Source: Octopus bimaculoides (taxonomy: Eukaryota). Taken from it: a stretch of DNA of 64,000 bases. The stretch is from the NCBI RefSeq assembly GCF_001194135.2, contig NC_068981.1:36220143-36284142 (forward strand), given 5' to 3'. Numbering within the stretch: the stretch's first letter is position 1; each line of letters opens with the position of its first letter. Below the pieces are notes generated by a model. The model was not told where the DNA came from, searched no databases, and saw only the letters and a list, made by a program, of their open reading frames with translations. Positions 24,450 to 36,590 of this stretch are shown here, piece by piece. The translations under genes were made by a program, and so were the position numbers.

Positions 24450-24715
24450 TGAATGTTCACATAGGATTGAGATGGGTGGGCTGTCGTCGTGTTGGGCTCA
24501 TGATAACATCTCTGGTGTTAGTGTGATGGTTAAATGCATAATGTGGTTGATGAATGGAAGGGCATCCAGCCATGGAAACCATGTCAAAATTGAAATGTAC
24601 AAGTGGAACTTGGTTCTCTGATCTAGCTACAAGGAAGTAACCCTCAAAAAAGACCTAACTTGGACCATAACAACAAGTCCATGCCAGCATGGAAAGTTGG
24701 AATATGATGATGATC
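24450..24715 (+). mobile_element. RTE-tail short element
   Basis: ggaagggcatccagccatggaaacc...ccatgccagcatggaaagttgg followed by (GAT)n. Confidence 0.65.
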
Positions 24716-24896
24716 AGAAATTATTTTTTAAGTCCTTTGCTGCATATTTGCAACCTGGTTAGGGAGATCTTCAAAAATGTTAAAAAGATGAATTTAATGA
24801 TGAAAAGAACAATTATTGATTAAGGGTTAAATTTCAGTCCCAAGTAACTTGATCACCTAATCTGTAACTAATGTTACCAACCAAAACAGAACTTAC

Positions 24897-24994
24897 AAAT
24901 TCAGCAATATGAAAGCTTCTTTAAATGCTTCAGCCATCATGTTCATATCGTTCAGTATGATATGAATATGATGGTAGAAACAGTTGCATGTTTT
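24897..24994 (-). CDS. Candidate 98-nt internal exon (KTCNCFYHHIHIILNDMNMMAEAFKEAFILLN)
   Basis: Consensus donor TT|GTAAGT and acceptor cttctaatcctactag; a single open frame, phase 0 to 2. Confidence 0.3.
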
Positions 24995-25326
24995 CTAGTA
25001 GGATTAGAAGATTTAAACAGTGGATACTGTTTAAGATGAAAGGGAATTAACCTTACTAGCAAGGTTACAACTTGTCAGATTAACGCATCTTAGAAGTATC
25101 AGCAATTACCTTTCAAAGCAATTATCGTGTTACAAGATAAATATTATAGATGAACTATCATTCCTCACTAGCAGAGAAAAAGAATCAGTTACTATAATCC
25201 ATGTTAATCTCTTGATGCTACAAGTTCTTTGCTTTCTTTAAGAACATAAATCTCTCTCTTTCTCACTCTCTCATGTTCTCTCTCTTTTTTCACTCTCTCT
25301 TTCTTCCACATACACACTGACAGACA

Positions 25327-25370
<44 letters not shown>

Positions 25371-26809
25371 TTGTTTATTTCAGTTAGCATACCATTTAAA
25401 CAACCAGAATGTTTCTTCATCCATAAGTAGCTTACTAGAAGAAAACATCATGTTGGACTATATAATAAGTTAAGAAGCAAAGATAAATGGGTAGAGAGAT
25501 GGTAGTACATAACTTATTGTAGGAAGAGTATTAAAGCAGTTAGGTAAAGCTTAGACCAGAATTTGGTTTGTTGCTAGTTGCAAAGGGATTATTTTGATAG
25601 CTACTACTGGCTTTGGGAAGTGCTAATAATACAAGAGAAAAATAAGGGGGTTCAAAATTGACATAATCTTTTCTATAATTGATATAGCTACAGAATCAAT
25701 GGTTACAACAATCTAAATGGAAATAAATATGTTGAAAAAATAATGCATTAGAAAGATGAGTGTTAATTTAACATATCAAAATGAAAAGCATTGGAGCAGA
25801 AACAGATATCCAATAAATGGTGAATATATTGTTGCTAAAATATAGTTAATATCAAAATTGAATTACTTTTAATGAATCCTTGTATATTCCAAATGTTTAT
25901 TTAGCGCTGATAAGAGAATCCACATGGCTGTTGATTAACTTCAGTATTTTTCAGAAGCATTAAACATACGATACATATATAAATTTCCCATTTGAATAAA
26001 ATTATAGCTTTTCATATGTAATTTTTCCCCAAAACCATGTTACCTTTTACTTGAATGACATCTAGATAAATTGAGGTATACAGAATTAAGTGTCCTATCA
26101 TAAAATTCAATGGTTATATCTGTAATGGATCAGAATTCATTATTCATGATACCTTATTACCCAGGCCATTTCGCTCGCACATTGGAATATATTTAGATAC
26201 AAAAAAAGCCACTTGGCAAAAAAGTGACTCTGTTATTGTTTCTTTTTTTATTACTTTTTTAATCTGTCCTTGTTACTTCTGCCTAAATATATATTTACAT
26301 GAGTTATTACATAATATACTTCAACAGTACTAAACACAATTTATTGAAGAAGGCACAACAGAGAAATAGAAGCTAAATCTCCCTCAGTACTGTTTTCTTG
26401 AATCATTCATTAAATAATGTCATCCCTAATATAATTATGACCAGAACGTTTTTGATCATAGTTTTATTTGATCAAAACTGGCCTTGGGTTAAACAACAAA
26501 CACAACACTAAACATCTTTGTAAAGGACAACCAGAGAAAAATTAAATGAAGTTTTACAGCAAAATATTCTTACACAAAGAGAATACTGCCTTACCCTTAG
26601 ATTATAATTAAATGATATTGGCAAGGTTTAAATTAAAACTCTCTCTCTCATCAAAGCACTTGGATTTAATCTTTGGAATGAAGTATGAGTGATGTGTTGT
26701 GTGCTTGAGAGACATGTGTAAGTATGCACTTTTGTGTACCTCTCTATGTATGTGGATGTGTGCATGCACAGTTTTGATTGTTTGAACACATGTTTTAACA
26801 CATGTTTGT

Positions 26810-26895
26810 ACACAGGCATCATACAATCTGCCTTTCACTCTGAGGGAGAGGCCCTTGTAACTAACAAGAGTAGTAGCTCTCCAGTGATACCACTG
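26810..26895 (-). mobile_element. RTE LINE internal fragment
   Basis: KGLSLRVKGRLYDACVQT, the same motif as in the 42860-43400 fragment. Confidence 0.7.
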
Positions 26896-27164
26896 CACCT
26901 GTCTGTTTCCATCTACCAAATTCACTGACAAAACTTTGGTTGGCTTGAGGCCATAGTAGAAGGCACTTGCCTTCTACTATGGACTGAATCTGGAACGGCT
27001 TAGTCAAGCAAATCAGCCTTAGTACATATTTTAAGCCTTGTACTAATTCTATCACTTTCTCTTTTGTTGATCCACTTAGTTACAGGGGCACAAACAAAAG
27101 AACACTGGTTGCCAAATAATGTAGAGACAAACACAAACATACACATAAATATATACACCTTTTA

Positions 27165-27850
27165 CTAGTTTCGTTCATTGGACTGCATTCATATTGGAGC
27201 ATTACCTTGAAGTATTTAGTCAAACAAATCAACCCTATTATTTATTTTTTAAAGTCTAGTACTTTATTAATACTTTATTCTATTGTTCTTTTTTTGTTGA
27301 ACCACTAAGTTATTGGGAAGTTATCAAACCAACACCAGTTTTCAAGTGGTGGTGGGGACAAACATAAAGACACATACATGCACTTACATGATGGGCTTCT
27401 AAGTCTTGGGTCACTCCATAGCTATCATATAAGACACATGCTCAAGGTGTCACACAGTAGAACAATCTAGAATATAAGTTCTCAAAATGGGCACTACTGC
27501 ACCTCCTCCCCGGTGGGCATTGAGAGGGTCCAGATGGGTGCTGGTGTCTATGGGGGTGGTGTGGGACTTGTAGTGGTGGAGAAAAGGGAGGCAGTGGGAG
27601 GATGGCAGTAGATTGGGAGATGCTATGAATTTATAATATTATTATAGTATTGTATACAAATTATATAATATTATATTAAATATCAAATGATTCATAGTAT
27701 ATATAAATTAGTAAAATATAAAATATTTATTTATGCATAAAAATAGGGATGGGGGTGCTGAGGCTATTATGTGGCCATGAAGGGGGCCCAAAAAGTTTGA
27801 GAATCTCTGATCTAGAACCATAGGAAGCATACTTCTTTCCATACACCACT
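27165..27850 (-). mobile_element. SINE family A copy interrupted by a MITE
   Basis: The family A sequence resumes after 27817 (ccataggaagcatacttctt). Confidence 0.75.
27473..27809. mobile_element. hAT-type MITE nested in a SINE
   Basis: Exact 8-bp duplication atctagaa at 27465-27472 and 27810-27817; right TIR gtttgagaatctctg; left TIR degenerate (taagttctcaaaa). Confidence 0.75.
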
Positions 27851-27854
27851 ATAT

Positions 27855-28230
27855 CTTTTATCTTACTTGTTTCAGTCATTGGACTGCAGATATGCGGAGG
27901 TGGGGGACTGCCTTGATGGTTAATTCAAACAAATTAACTCCTGTACTTATTTTTAAGCATGGACTTATTCTATTGAATCTCTTTTTGCTGAACTGCTAAG
28001 TTAAGGGAAAGTAAACAGACCATCACCAGTTTTCAAGTGGTGTTGGGGGACAAAGATACACACACACACACACACACATGACAGGCTTCTTTCAGTTTCT
28101 TACTACCAAATCCACTCACAAAACTTTGATTAGCTCAAGACTATCATAGAAGACACTTGCCTCAGGTGTCATGTGGTAGGACTAAACCTGGAACCTTGTG
28201 GTTTGGAAGCAAATTTCTTACCACACACAC
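27855..28230 (-). mobile_element. SINE family A copy
   Basis: Reverse similarity to 36178-36590, with an internal (CA)n at ~28056-28078. Confidence 0.8.
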
Positions 28231-28262
28231 GCATGCACACACATGCATGCACACACACGCAT

Positions 28263-28311
<49 letters not shown>

Positions 28312-31300
28312 ATGGGCTTCTACAAAGTTTCTTTTTACCAGATTAAGTCACAAAGCATTGATCAACCTGGGGGTATAGTAGAAGACAATTGTTCAGGGTG
28401 CTGCACAGTGTAACAGAACCCAATACCATGTGGCTGCAAAGAAAACCACTTAACCATGCAGATATGATGTAAAAACAAATGACAAACATACATACATGTG
28501 TGTGTGTGTGTGTGTTTGTGTATTAGACATTCACACACATGAATGTACAAATGTTAAATAAAAAAAAAAAACTACTTGATACACATGGCAGAATTAATTG
28601 AATCCTCTGGAGCTGAGATGTCACTCCATCACTATTCTAAGCATTCTAACTAGTGATGGAGTGAAGCCGTAAATTTGAATGAACACAGGCACGCATACAT
28701 ACATACATGCATACATACATACATACATACACACATACACACACACACAGATAAAGTGACACACTAATATTGTATATACAGACACATGTAATATTGTTTG
28801 TTTATTTGAAACTGATAATAATTACACTTGGTATCGTATATGTTTTATTCACAAGATATCAGAATCTTAATATTATTTTATCATTTCCTTAAGAAAATAT
28901 CAAGTGATTGAGTGTACACTAAAACATAACCAAAATGGAATAAGAAAAAAAAAAGAGGTAAAACAAAATATACAGTTTTCTTTCTTTTTTTCTTTTCAAC
29001 ATTTTGTTATTGTATTCTAATGCTTTGATTGTCTTTGAGCATTAAGTGAAAAATAAATTAGAGAGAGAATGAGGAAAAGGAGAGAAAGAGAGTGAGAAAA
29101 AGAAAAGAAACATTGCAACAGAAATATATTTGGAGGATGAAAAGAAATACCAAAAACCCAGAAATAATAGAAAAACCAAAAGTAAACTGGAAATAAGAAA
29201 GCTGTAAGCAAGTAACAAGTAACAAAATTAGCCAAAACAAAAATGTAAGGTAAGAGGTTGAAAAAAATGTAGGAGGACTCATTGGAATAAACAGATAGAA
29301 TAATAAATGTCTTGTTGTTTACCAATAACAACTTCATATTGACTTGTGTACAACTTTTGGTACAAGACTTTGTGAGGGTATATTGACTATGTCTTCTAGC
29401 TTACATGGGTATATTTCCTTTATGGACTCAGCTGTGATTGATTGTATAATATCTTTCACAAGAGAGAAATGTTGCTCCAAAGAGTTTGTAAAACGTTTCT
29501 ACAGGATATATTCAGAAGAATGAATGATAAAAGCTATGAAATACATAAATTTGACTGAAATACTCACTATTTTTCCTTCTGACACACATGCAAATTATTT
29601 TTATTTTGTGAACACTAGTGTTGCTGGTAAAAGATTTACTATGGAAAAAAATCACTTATTCACAACACTTATGATAAGGATAGTGAGGGATTGTCTGTAC
29701 TACATCATCATAACAATTATCACTTGGATTTTGTTTGAAAGTACCATTTTTTTGTTTTCCTCACAGATTGACATCTTGCAGATGTTAGCATTTTGTGTTG
29801 ATTATAGTGTTGAAAGATAAAGATAGACATACAAACATAAACACACACACACACAGCGAGTTAGCTTCTGCACTGTTTCTGTCTACCAAACCTCATTCTC
29901 AAGCCATTGATCAAACTAAAAGCACTTGCCTAAAGTGCTATGCAGTGAAATTTCGGTGAAACCAGACTCACATGGCTGCAAAACAAACTTGTTAATCACA
30001 CATCCATGCCTGCTATTATATCTAAACTTCTTTTACTGTATCAAAGTCAATAGGTTCAAAATCTGCAAGCATTTTTTATGGATGCTGGTGTGTGTATTTT
30101 ACAGCTGGATTATGTTTCTAACACAAATTATTGAACTGTGAAGTGTGAAGTACATTCAGTCTATTTTACAATTACATAGATTGAGGCAAATATTGTACAG
30201 TCATGGAAAAGATGTTAAATGAACTGAAATGAAGTGAAATGATTTAAACTAAGGAAGATTATTAATCACAATGTTGAACTGATTGATAAATAATGAAAAA
30301 TCTGGTGAAATAACAGGATAATCTTCTTTTAATTTCAAAGCATTTTGCTGCCTGCAATATTTTCTGTGCATTTGTAAGCACTGACCTCAATTAGATTAGG
30401 AACTCTGCAACTGTGAATGATTTCCTCATCCAGGTGATATCTCTAATAAGCTCTTAATATAAAATATAGCATTTAAGGAAATCAAATATACCGCTCCATT
30501 GAAAACGCAAGCAACTGCTTATGGTAAAGTTAGATTTATTAATGATGCATTATCTCAGGTGGCTGCTTGTGGTGCGTATTTTAATGAATTAATGTATCTA
30601 GCAATGATATTGCACTAATAAATCACCCCCAGACTTTCACAATTTTACTTCCTACATTTCACCTACATGTTGCTCACTTTCTGTAACCACAGCACTTTAA
30701 GGTGCAAATAAACTAGAATTGATCTTAGAGTCATGCAGTTACTATTATAGCTTTCAGCTTCTTTAACTATGCATTTTTTTTTTTCTTTTGGAAGTGTAAT
30801 GTTACACCATAAAAAGGAAACATTGGTAAATATTACAGGTTTCTTCAAGGGAAGAGACTTTTTATAGAAAAGGAGAGATTATCATCAAATACAGCATGGC
30901 AGAGGAAACTACTTTTGTATGGTAGTGTTGAATAACAGTAATCCTATATTTTTGTCATTGTACACCCACACAAGAGATTGATTATCATTGCAGAAGATAC
31001 TTTAGTTGAACCTTGCCTTATTGAATAATGCCAAAGGGAAAGAGGGATTATTTTGGCAATCAATAGTAGATTGGAATTAAAAGAAAAAGATGGAAAAAAT
31101 GGAAAAAAGGAAAAATCCCTAAAAAATAGGTCCTAACTATTATTATATACCCCCAATTCCTTCATGACATTTAATCAACCTACCATATGAAAAAAATTAT
31201 ATATGAAACAAAAGGTCAAAATAAATTGTTGTGATAAAACAGGAAAACTGTTCAATACTTGTAGGCAAGAGCCTACCACTTAATAGGCTTACTAACTAAT

Positions 31301-31707
31301 AAAAGAAAAAGATGAAAGTCACATTCAATAGTCATTAACTGGGTTTACACATGTTTGTATTTCTCATTTCTGTTGGAATTATGAGGTTATCTCTGAAACA
31401 GAGTGGGGTCTACTACAGAGCCTTTGAATCTGTTCAAGACAAGATAAATCTCCATGAAAACTTTCCTGTACTGTTTGTTTAAACTTCAACAACAATAAAA
31501 AGATCAGAAAAACCAGCAACCCCTTCTCCCATTTACTCAGTTATGACCTACATTAATAGTGTGGACCTTATCCAGTTATGCCTAAAACCATCTGCACACC
31601 CAGCACAGAAATTCTAACAAATACTAAGGACATTTCCTGGCTTCCTCAGAAAAACGAAATCAATTATAGATATATAGGAGAATAGTAATGGTTGAGATTG
31701 TGTCAAG

Positions 31708-32050
31708 CAGTGCTCCTGAAAGTGGTCAGTATTGCCTCCTAGGGTGGTGGCGGAAAATTTTATATGGATACAGAAAACAAAGAGGGTAGTGGTGAAGGGA
31801 AGGGATAGCCCTAATATTCAAAACTATTTTTAGTTTTTATTCTGTGTGCAAATCATCTGGTAATATTAGTGGTTCTAAAATGACTTTTGGAATTTACACT
31901 GAACAAGTTTAAAATTATTGACAAAATGATTTTGAAATTGATCCTAAATCACGAACTCAAATTTTTCATCAGGGCTTTTGTTTTTGAAGCACAATTACAA
32001 CTTAGTGAATTTCCCTTGTTTCTTTTGGTTGAATTAACATAGCAGAAAAT
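31708..32050 (+). mobile_element. Possible hAT-like left end and internal remnant
   Basis: cagtgctcctgaaagtggtc resembles the other hAT termini; no right TIR or TSD found. Confidence 0.35.
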
Positions 32051-32766
32051 AAAAATGCAATAGGGTCTAATTGTCTACCTCTGCTATTGCCAGTCATTTA
32101 CCCATCTCAACCCATGACCACCTCTATCATTGCCAATTGCTCTCCTCTCCTTCAACTTCACTCAAATAGTTCTTTTCCCATCATATTCTTTTTTTCTTTT
32201 TACCGAACCTTACTTTTGGCTACCTTTGTCATTGCCAGTCATTCTCCACCCGCTGCCTACCCTACATATTCCTGTCTTTTTACCATAATGCTAAGTCTTA
32301 CCAATCAAGTAGGATATGATTTGCTGAGGTCAGTCTAATTAAGACTGGAATATGTCTAATGTTAACAGAAAGTAAATAACAGCTAAAATAACTATTGCTA
32401 ATAGCTTTACATGTAAATAAATGGTTAAGAGAAAATACAAATGCTAATATATTTCACATTTTTTAAACATATGCTAATAAGAAAACACAAGTTTAAAATG
32501 TTGAAAGAAGTAAAAATCTTCTTGCATTGTCACAGATGTATTGGCATTACTGATATATGAGTGCTTTGAAACTATTGTAGCAATGCAGACCTAATCTCGT
32601 TGAGTACATATTAGTATTGCTCTGAGTAGATACATTAAGTAGATACATTAAACGTATTGATACTTTCTTCAAGTACAGAACCAGTCACAAATTTGCTCAC
32701 CATACAATTTAACACCAGCATCCTCATCACCATCACTGTCATCATGGCTATCCCCATCACAACCAC

Positions 32767-32800
32767 GTAGTAGTAGTAGTAGTAGTAGTAGTAATAATAA

Positions 32801-32832
<32 letters not shown>
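32767..32832. repeat. (TAG)n/(TAA)n microsatellite
   Basis: Directly visible. Confidence 0.95.
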
Positions 32833-35159
32833 ACAATGCAAATAGTAAAGATGAATATAATCATATCATTTACAGAAAACTAAAGAGGAAATCTACTAAG
32901 GAGGGGAAAAAAATTCATATGTTGAAGACTAAAGTTAGCATAACAACTGAGAGAGCCATATAACTTCAACATGCAAACCTATGTATTTACAGCTTTTCAG
33001 ACAAGTGTGAAGACTGCAGCTGGTTTCTGGAATGAAGTTACATGAAGAGATGTATGGCTGCTGAATATGAGCAGACAAAAGGAGACACTAGCCAAAAGGG
33101 AAAAGCACAATTGAATGAGCTTCTTTCAATGTAACATGCCTTCAAACAAAAGATGACTGCCGCCAAAATGGACACCACAGAATATGGTTTAGTTCAAAGA
33201 AACTACACAACTATGCTGAGAAATACAGTTGTAAGAACCATTAGATTTCTCAAATGACCATTGATTTTTTTCTTTCATTTTATATATCTCTTTATTTCTT
33301 CTCAATTTCTTCTGATTTGTTGGTGTGAATGTGAGAAAATGGTATCTCATAGATAAAATGGCAAAGGAATAAAGCACTAACGGAGAGGGAAACTGTTTAA
33401 CAACTCAACTCAGTTTACATTAAAAAAAAAAACAATTAAAAATGGACATGTAAAATGTAATAGCTGAGAGATAGAGAGCAGATTTGTCTAGACTGAATAT
33501 AAGACTGACCATCTCAGCTGTTCATTAGATAAGATTTCTCAATGGAAATCCTGCCAAAATCTAACTAAGCTTTTCAAAGTTGATGAGGTAAGCACTAGTG
33601 ATATACTGACTAGGATATGCAGCCAAATTTTACGCCATATTTGATATGTTGGATTTCTATGTCACAACCATTAATCGGTTCAATCAAATGTTGATGAAGC
33701 TTATCCAACAAGAAGAGCAACAACAACAACGATACAGATATTAAGCTGCTTCTGATGAGGAATGAAGAAAACATTTTTTTTTCAGGAAGAAAAGACATTG
33801 AAGAATGGGAATCTATAAAAGTGATGAGAAGGTAGTCTTGTTGAAATGATAGAAGAATGTTAAGTGGAACATAAATGAAAATAAAAAAAAATTCTGCAAA
33901 CTGAGTATTTCTCTGAAGAATGTAAAAAAACTAGATAATAAGAGATGAGGTAAATTAATAGAAAAAGCACAGGAAACAAAAGGACGACAAAAACAAAAAC
34001 ATATATATAAATAATAAGATTGAACATTAGTGAGTCCTAGAAAATCAATAAGGCCTTAAATAAACAGATTAATTGATTTTTGGATGGGTGGGGAGTGGTC
34101 TGAGTGAGAATTCAATGTTAGTAGGAACAAAGTAAACTGTTTGTCACCACTAATGTGATCATGACGATAAAACTACTGATAATGATATGTGAAGCTGGGT
34201 GGGCAGAGGCAAATGGTGTCCGTGGGTAGGTCACTATACAAAGCTTAAGCAATTTAGTCAGCATTGATCAATGAGACAATCTGAAATAACCATTCACTGT
34301 ACTATTTATTTAGGATTGTCAGCACTCCAGCATCTCTACATCAATGTTGTTGTTAATGTATTGACTTTAACCCAATTCACTTAAGAGGTGAGACTTAATT
34401 CAGTAGAAGTAAAAAAAAAGGAAAAAATTTCCATGAATGTTTAATTCTAGGAAACAAAAAGAAAAAAAGAAAAACAAGCAAAGAAACAAAAAGACTTAGT
34501 TAAATAAAACTGGAAAAAAAATGAAAAGAAGCAGCTGCATCAAAAATTAAAACAAAACAGAACAAATCCTGTATTCCAAAACATTCACTTATTCAGTTAT
34601 CTGGTAAATTTTTGAATGTTGCAGCAGTTGTTTCAGTCAGTTAATACAATTTCAATTCCTAAACAGAACTGCTTTGCTTAGTTTGTTTATCTTTAAGAAA
34701 GATATGAATGGCACAGAAAATCTCCCTCTTCTATATATGAAATTTCTATGTCTATGCAGGATTATTGCTGTTGTTTCTGTAATTGTTCATATTACTGTTG
34801 TCATTTGCTCAGGAATACATTATTCTATGTATCCTTTATTTAAGTCGATAGGGTATGATTTGAAGGAGACTTGGTTGTTGTTTCTAGAAGATTAAATGAC
34901 CACATAAAGGATTCCATATTGACAGCAGCTTTTGCTTTATATAGTATTTCAAGTAGATAAGGTACTGAATGCCTGGCTTTGTGATTGTCAGTTCAGACCT
35001 TACTTTGGGCAGTATTTTTCCTCATGAATACATCACACCTAATTAAGAAACTACTACTACTAACTACTTGTATGAAACTGACTGGTCAGTATTTAATTAC
35101 AAACTAATCATGAAAGAATAAGGCTGATTATCTCTCATTCTCTTGCTCTCTCTCTTTCC

Positions 35160-35225
<66 letters not shown>

Positions 35226-35269
35226 ATGTGTGTGTGTGTGTGTGTATATATATATACACACACACATTC

Positions 35270-35439
35270 AATTTTTTTTCTCCGTGTTTTTCTCCTTGTT
35301 TTCTCTGTATTCATTCTGTTGAAGAGCGTAGCTCGAAACGTTAAAGACTTTCTGTATTCCCAAGCGTTAAACTAATACATCCTTTTGTTGTCTACACCAC
35401 CTGTCCTTGTCTGTTGTTGGTTTTTTCGTAAATTCTCCC

Positions 35440-35440
<1 letters not shown>
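35270..35440 (+). mobile_element. Penelope-like terminal-repeat fragment with a degenerate hammerhead-like motif
   Basis: ctgttga-a-gagc-gta-gctc-gaaacgtt at 35316-35342. A related partial copy lies at 63138-63200 (shared cccaagcgttaaactaatac). Confidence 0.5.
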
Positions 35441-35480
<40 letters not shown>

Positions 35481-36008
35481 TAATTCAAATAATAACAAAA
35501 CAGAAATTCTTTAACACATCTTTAATGATTCATTACAATTGTTTCTGTACCAACTCTGCTTGCAATGCCAGTTTATGCAAAAATTTGAAAATCTATGTAA
35601 GGTGTGCGATTTTAGACATTTAAGTGGTACTTCATCAGACTTACATCACAAGTGCTCTATCACATTTTGCGTCTTCCTTCTCCTTCTTCTTAATATTTTC
35701 CTGCTATATCTCCTGCTTCATGATCTCTACACTAATTATTCATCCTCTAAACACACTTTTATTTACCTTTTGTTTCATCCTGATATAACCAAGAAATAAT
35801 GTCTGGAAAACACATTACGTGATAGTATACCTTTCATGCAAGTCTGATGAACTGCCACTCAAATGTCTAAAACGGCAAACATTATGTAAATTTTCACTTT
35901 GAAATTTTGCATAAACTGGCATTGCAAGCAGAGTTGGGACAGAAACAGTTGTAACAAATCATTAAAGATGTGTTAAAGAATTTCTTTGTCTTTTTAATAT
36001 TTGGATTA
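35481..36008. repeat. Long fold-back element, ~165-200-bp inverted arms
   Basis: aattctttaacacatctttaatgat...aactctgcttgcaatgccagtttatgcaaaa is the reverse complement of ttttgcataaactggcattgcaagcagagtt...atcattaaagatgtgttaaagaatt. Confidence 0.9.
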
Positions 36009-36177
36009 TAATTAACTCTTCACCAAACCCACACAATGGTGTTATTATCATAAGACAAAGCTTTACTACATTTGAAGAATTCCAGCATTGGTCTGGAACC
36101 TGACAGTGATGATAGCCCAGAATTCAGCTTGATTGGTTCTCTGGAAATACCGTACCAGGACCTAAGGTGTATATATA

Positions 36178-36590
36178 AGGCACAGGAGTGGCTGTGTGGT
36201 AAGTAGCTTGCTTACCAACCACATGGTTCCAGATTCAGTCCCACTGTGTGGCACCTTGGGCAAGTGTCTTCTACTATACCCTTGGGCTAACCAAAGCCTT
36301 GTGAGTGGATTTGGAAGATGGAAACTGAAAGAAGCCCGTTGTATATATGTATATATATATGTGTGTGTGTATATGTTTGTGTGCCTGTGTTTGTCCCCCC
36401 AACATGGCTTGACAACCGATGGTGGTGTGTTTATGTCCCCATAACTTAGTGGTTTGGCAAAAGAGACCGATAGAATAAGTACTAGGCTTGCAAAGAATAA
36501 GTCCTGGGGTCGATTTGCTTGATTAAAGGCAGTGCTCCAGCATGGCCGCAGTCAAATGACTGAAACAAGTAAAAGAGTAAAAGAGTATAT
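36178..36590 (+). mobile_element. SINE family A, full-length reference copy
   Basis: A-box-like tggctgtgtgg and B-box-like gattcagtccc; internal TA/TG tract at ~36342-36390; 3' gtcaaatgactgaaacaagtaaaagagtaaaagag. Confidence 0.85.

Noticed and set aside
24150-24621. Poly-I, poly-M, poly-D/N ORFs
   Set aside because: Readings of the GAT/AAT microsatellite.
29524-29820. 98-aa hydrophobic plus-strand ORF, and a 71-nt minus-strand AG..GTGAGT segment at 29568-29638
   Set aside because: No recognisable motif. The minus segment's phase (2 to 1) does not fit the neighbouring candidates, and the composition is explained by AT richness.
33529-33745. Plus-strand KISQWKSCQNLTKLFKVDE with a GTAAGC donor, and a nearby YAAKFYAIFDMLDFY...QQQQRYRY* frame
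   Set aside because: They are separated by only 26 nt, too short for an intron, with no consistent chain or homology.
34310-34385. GLSALQHLYI, an LRR-like phrase after an acceptor
   Set aside because: The frame stops before the GTGAGA donor and there are no neighbouring LRR units.
36181-36260. tRNA-like A/B boxes in SINE heads (also 11432 and 20930)
   Set aside because: No complete cloverleaf; these are SINE promoters, not tRNA genes.
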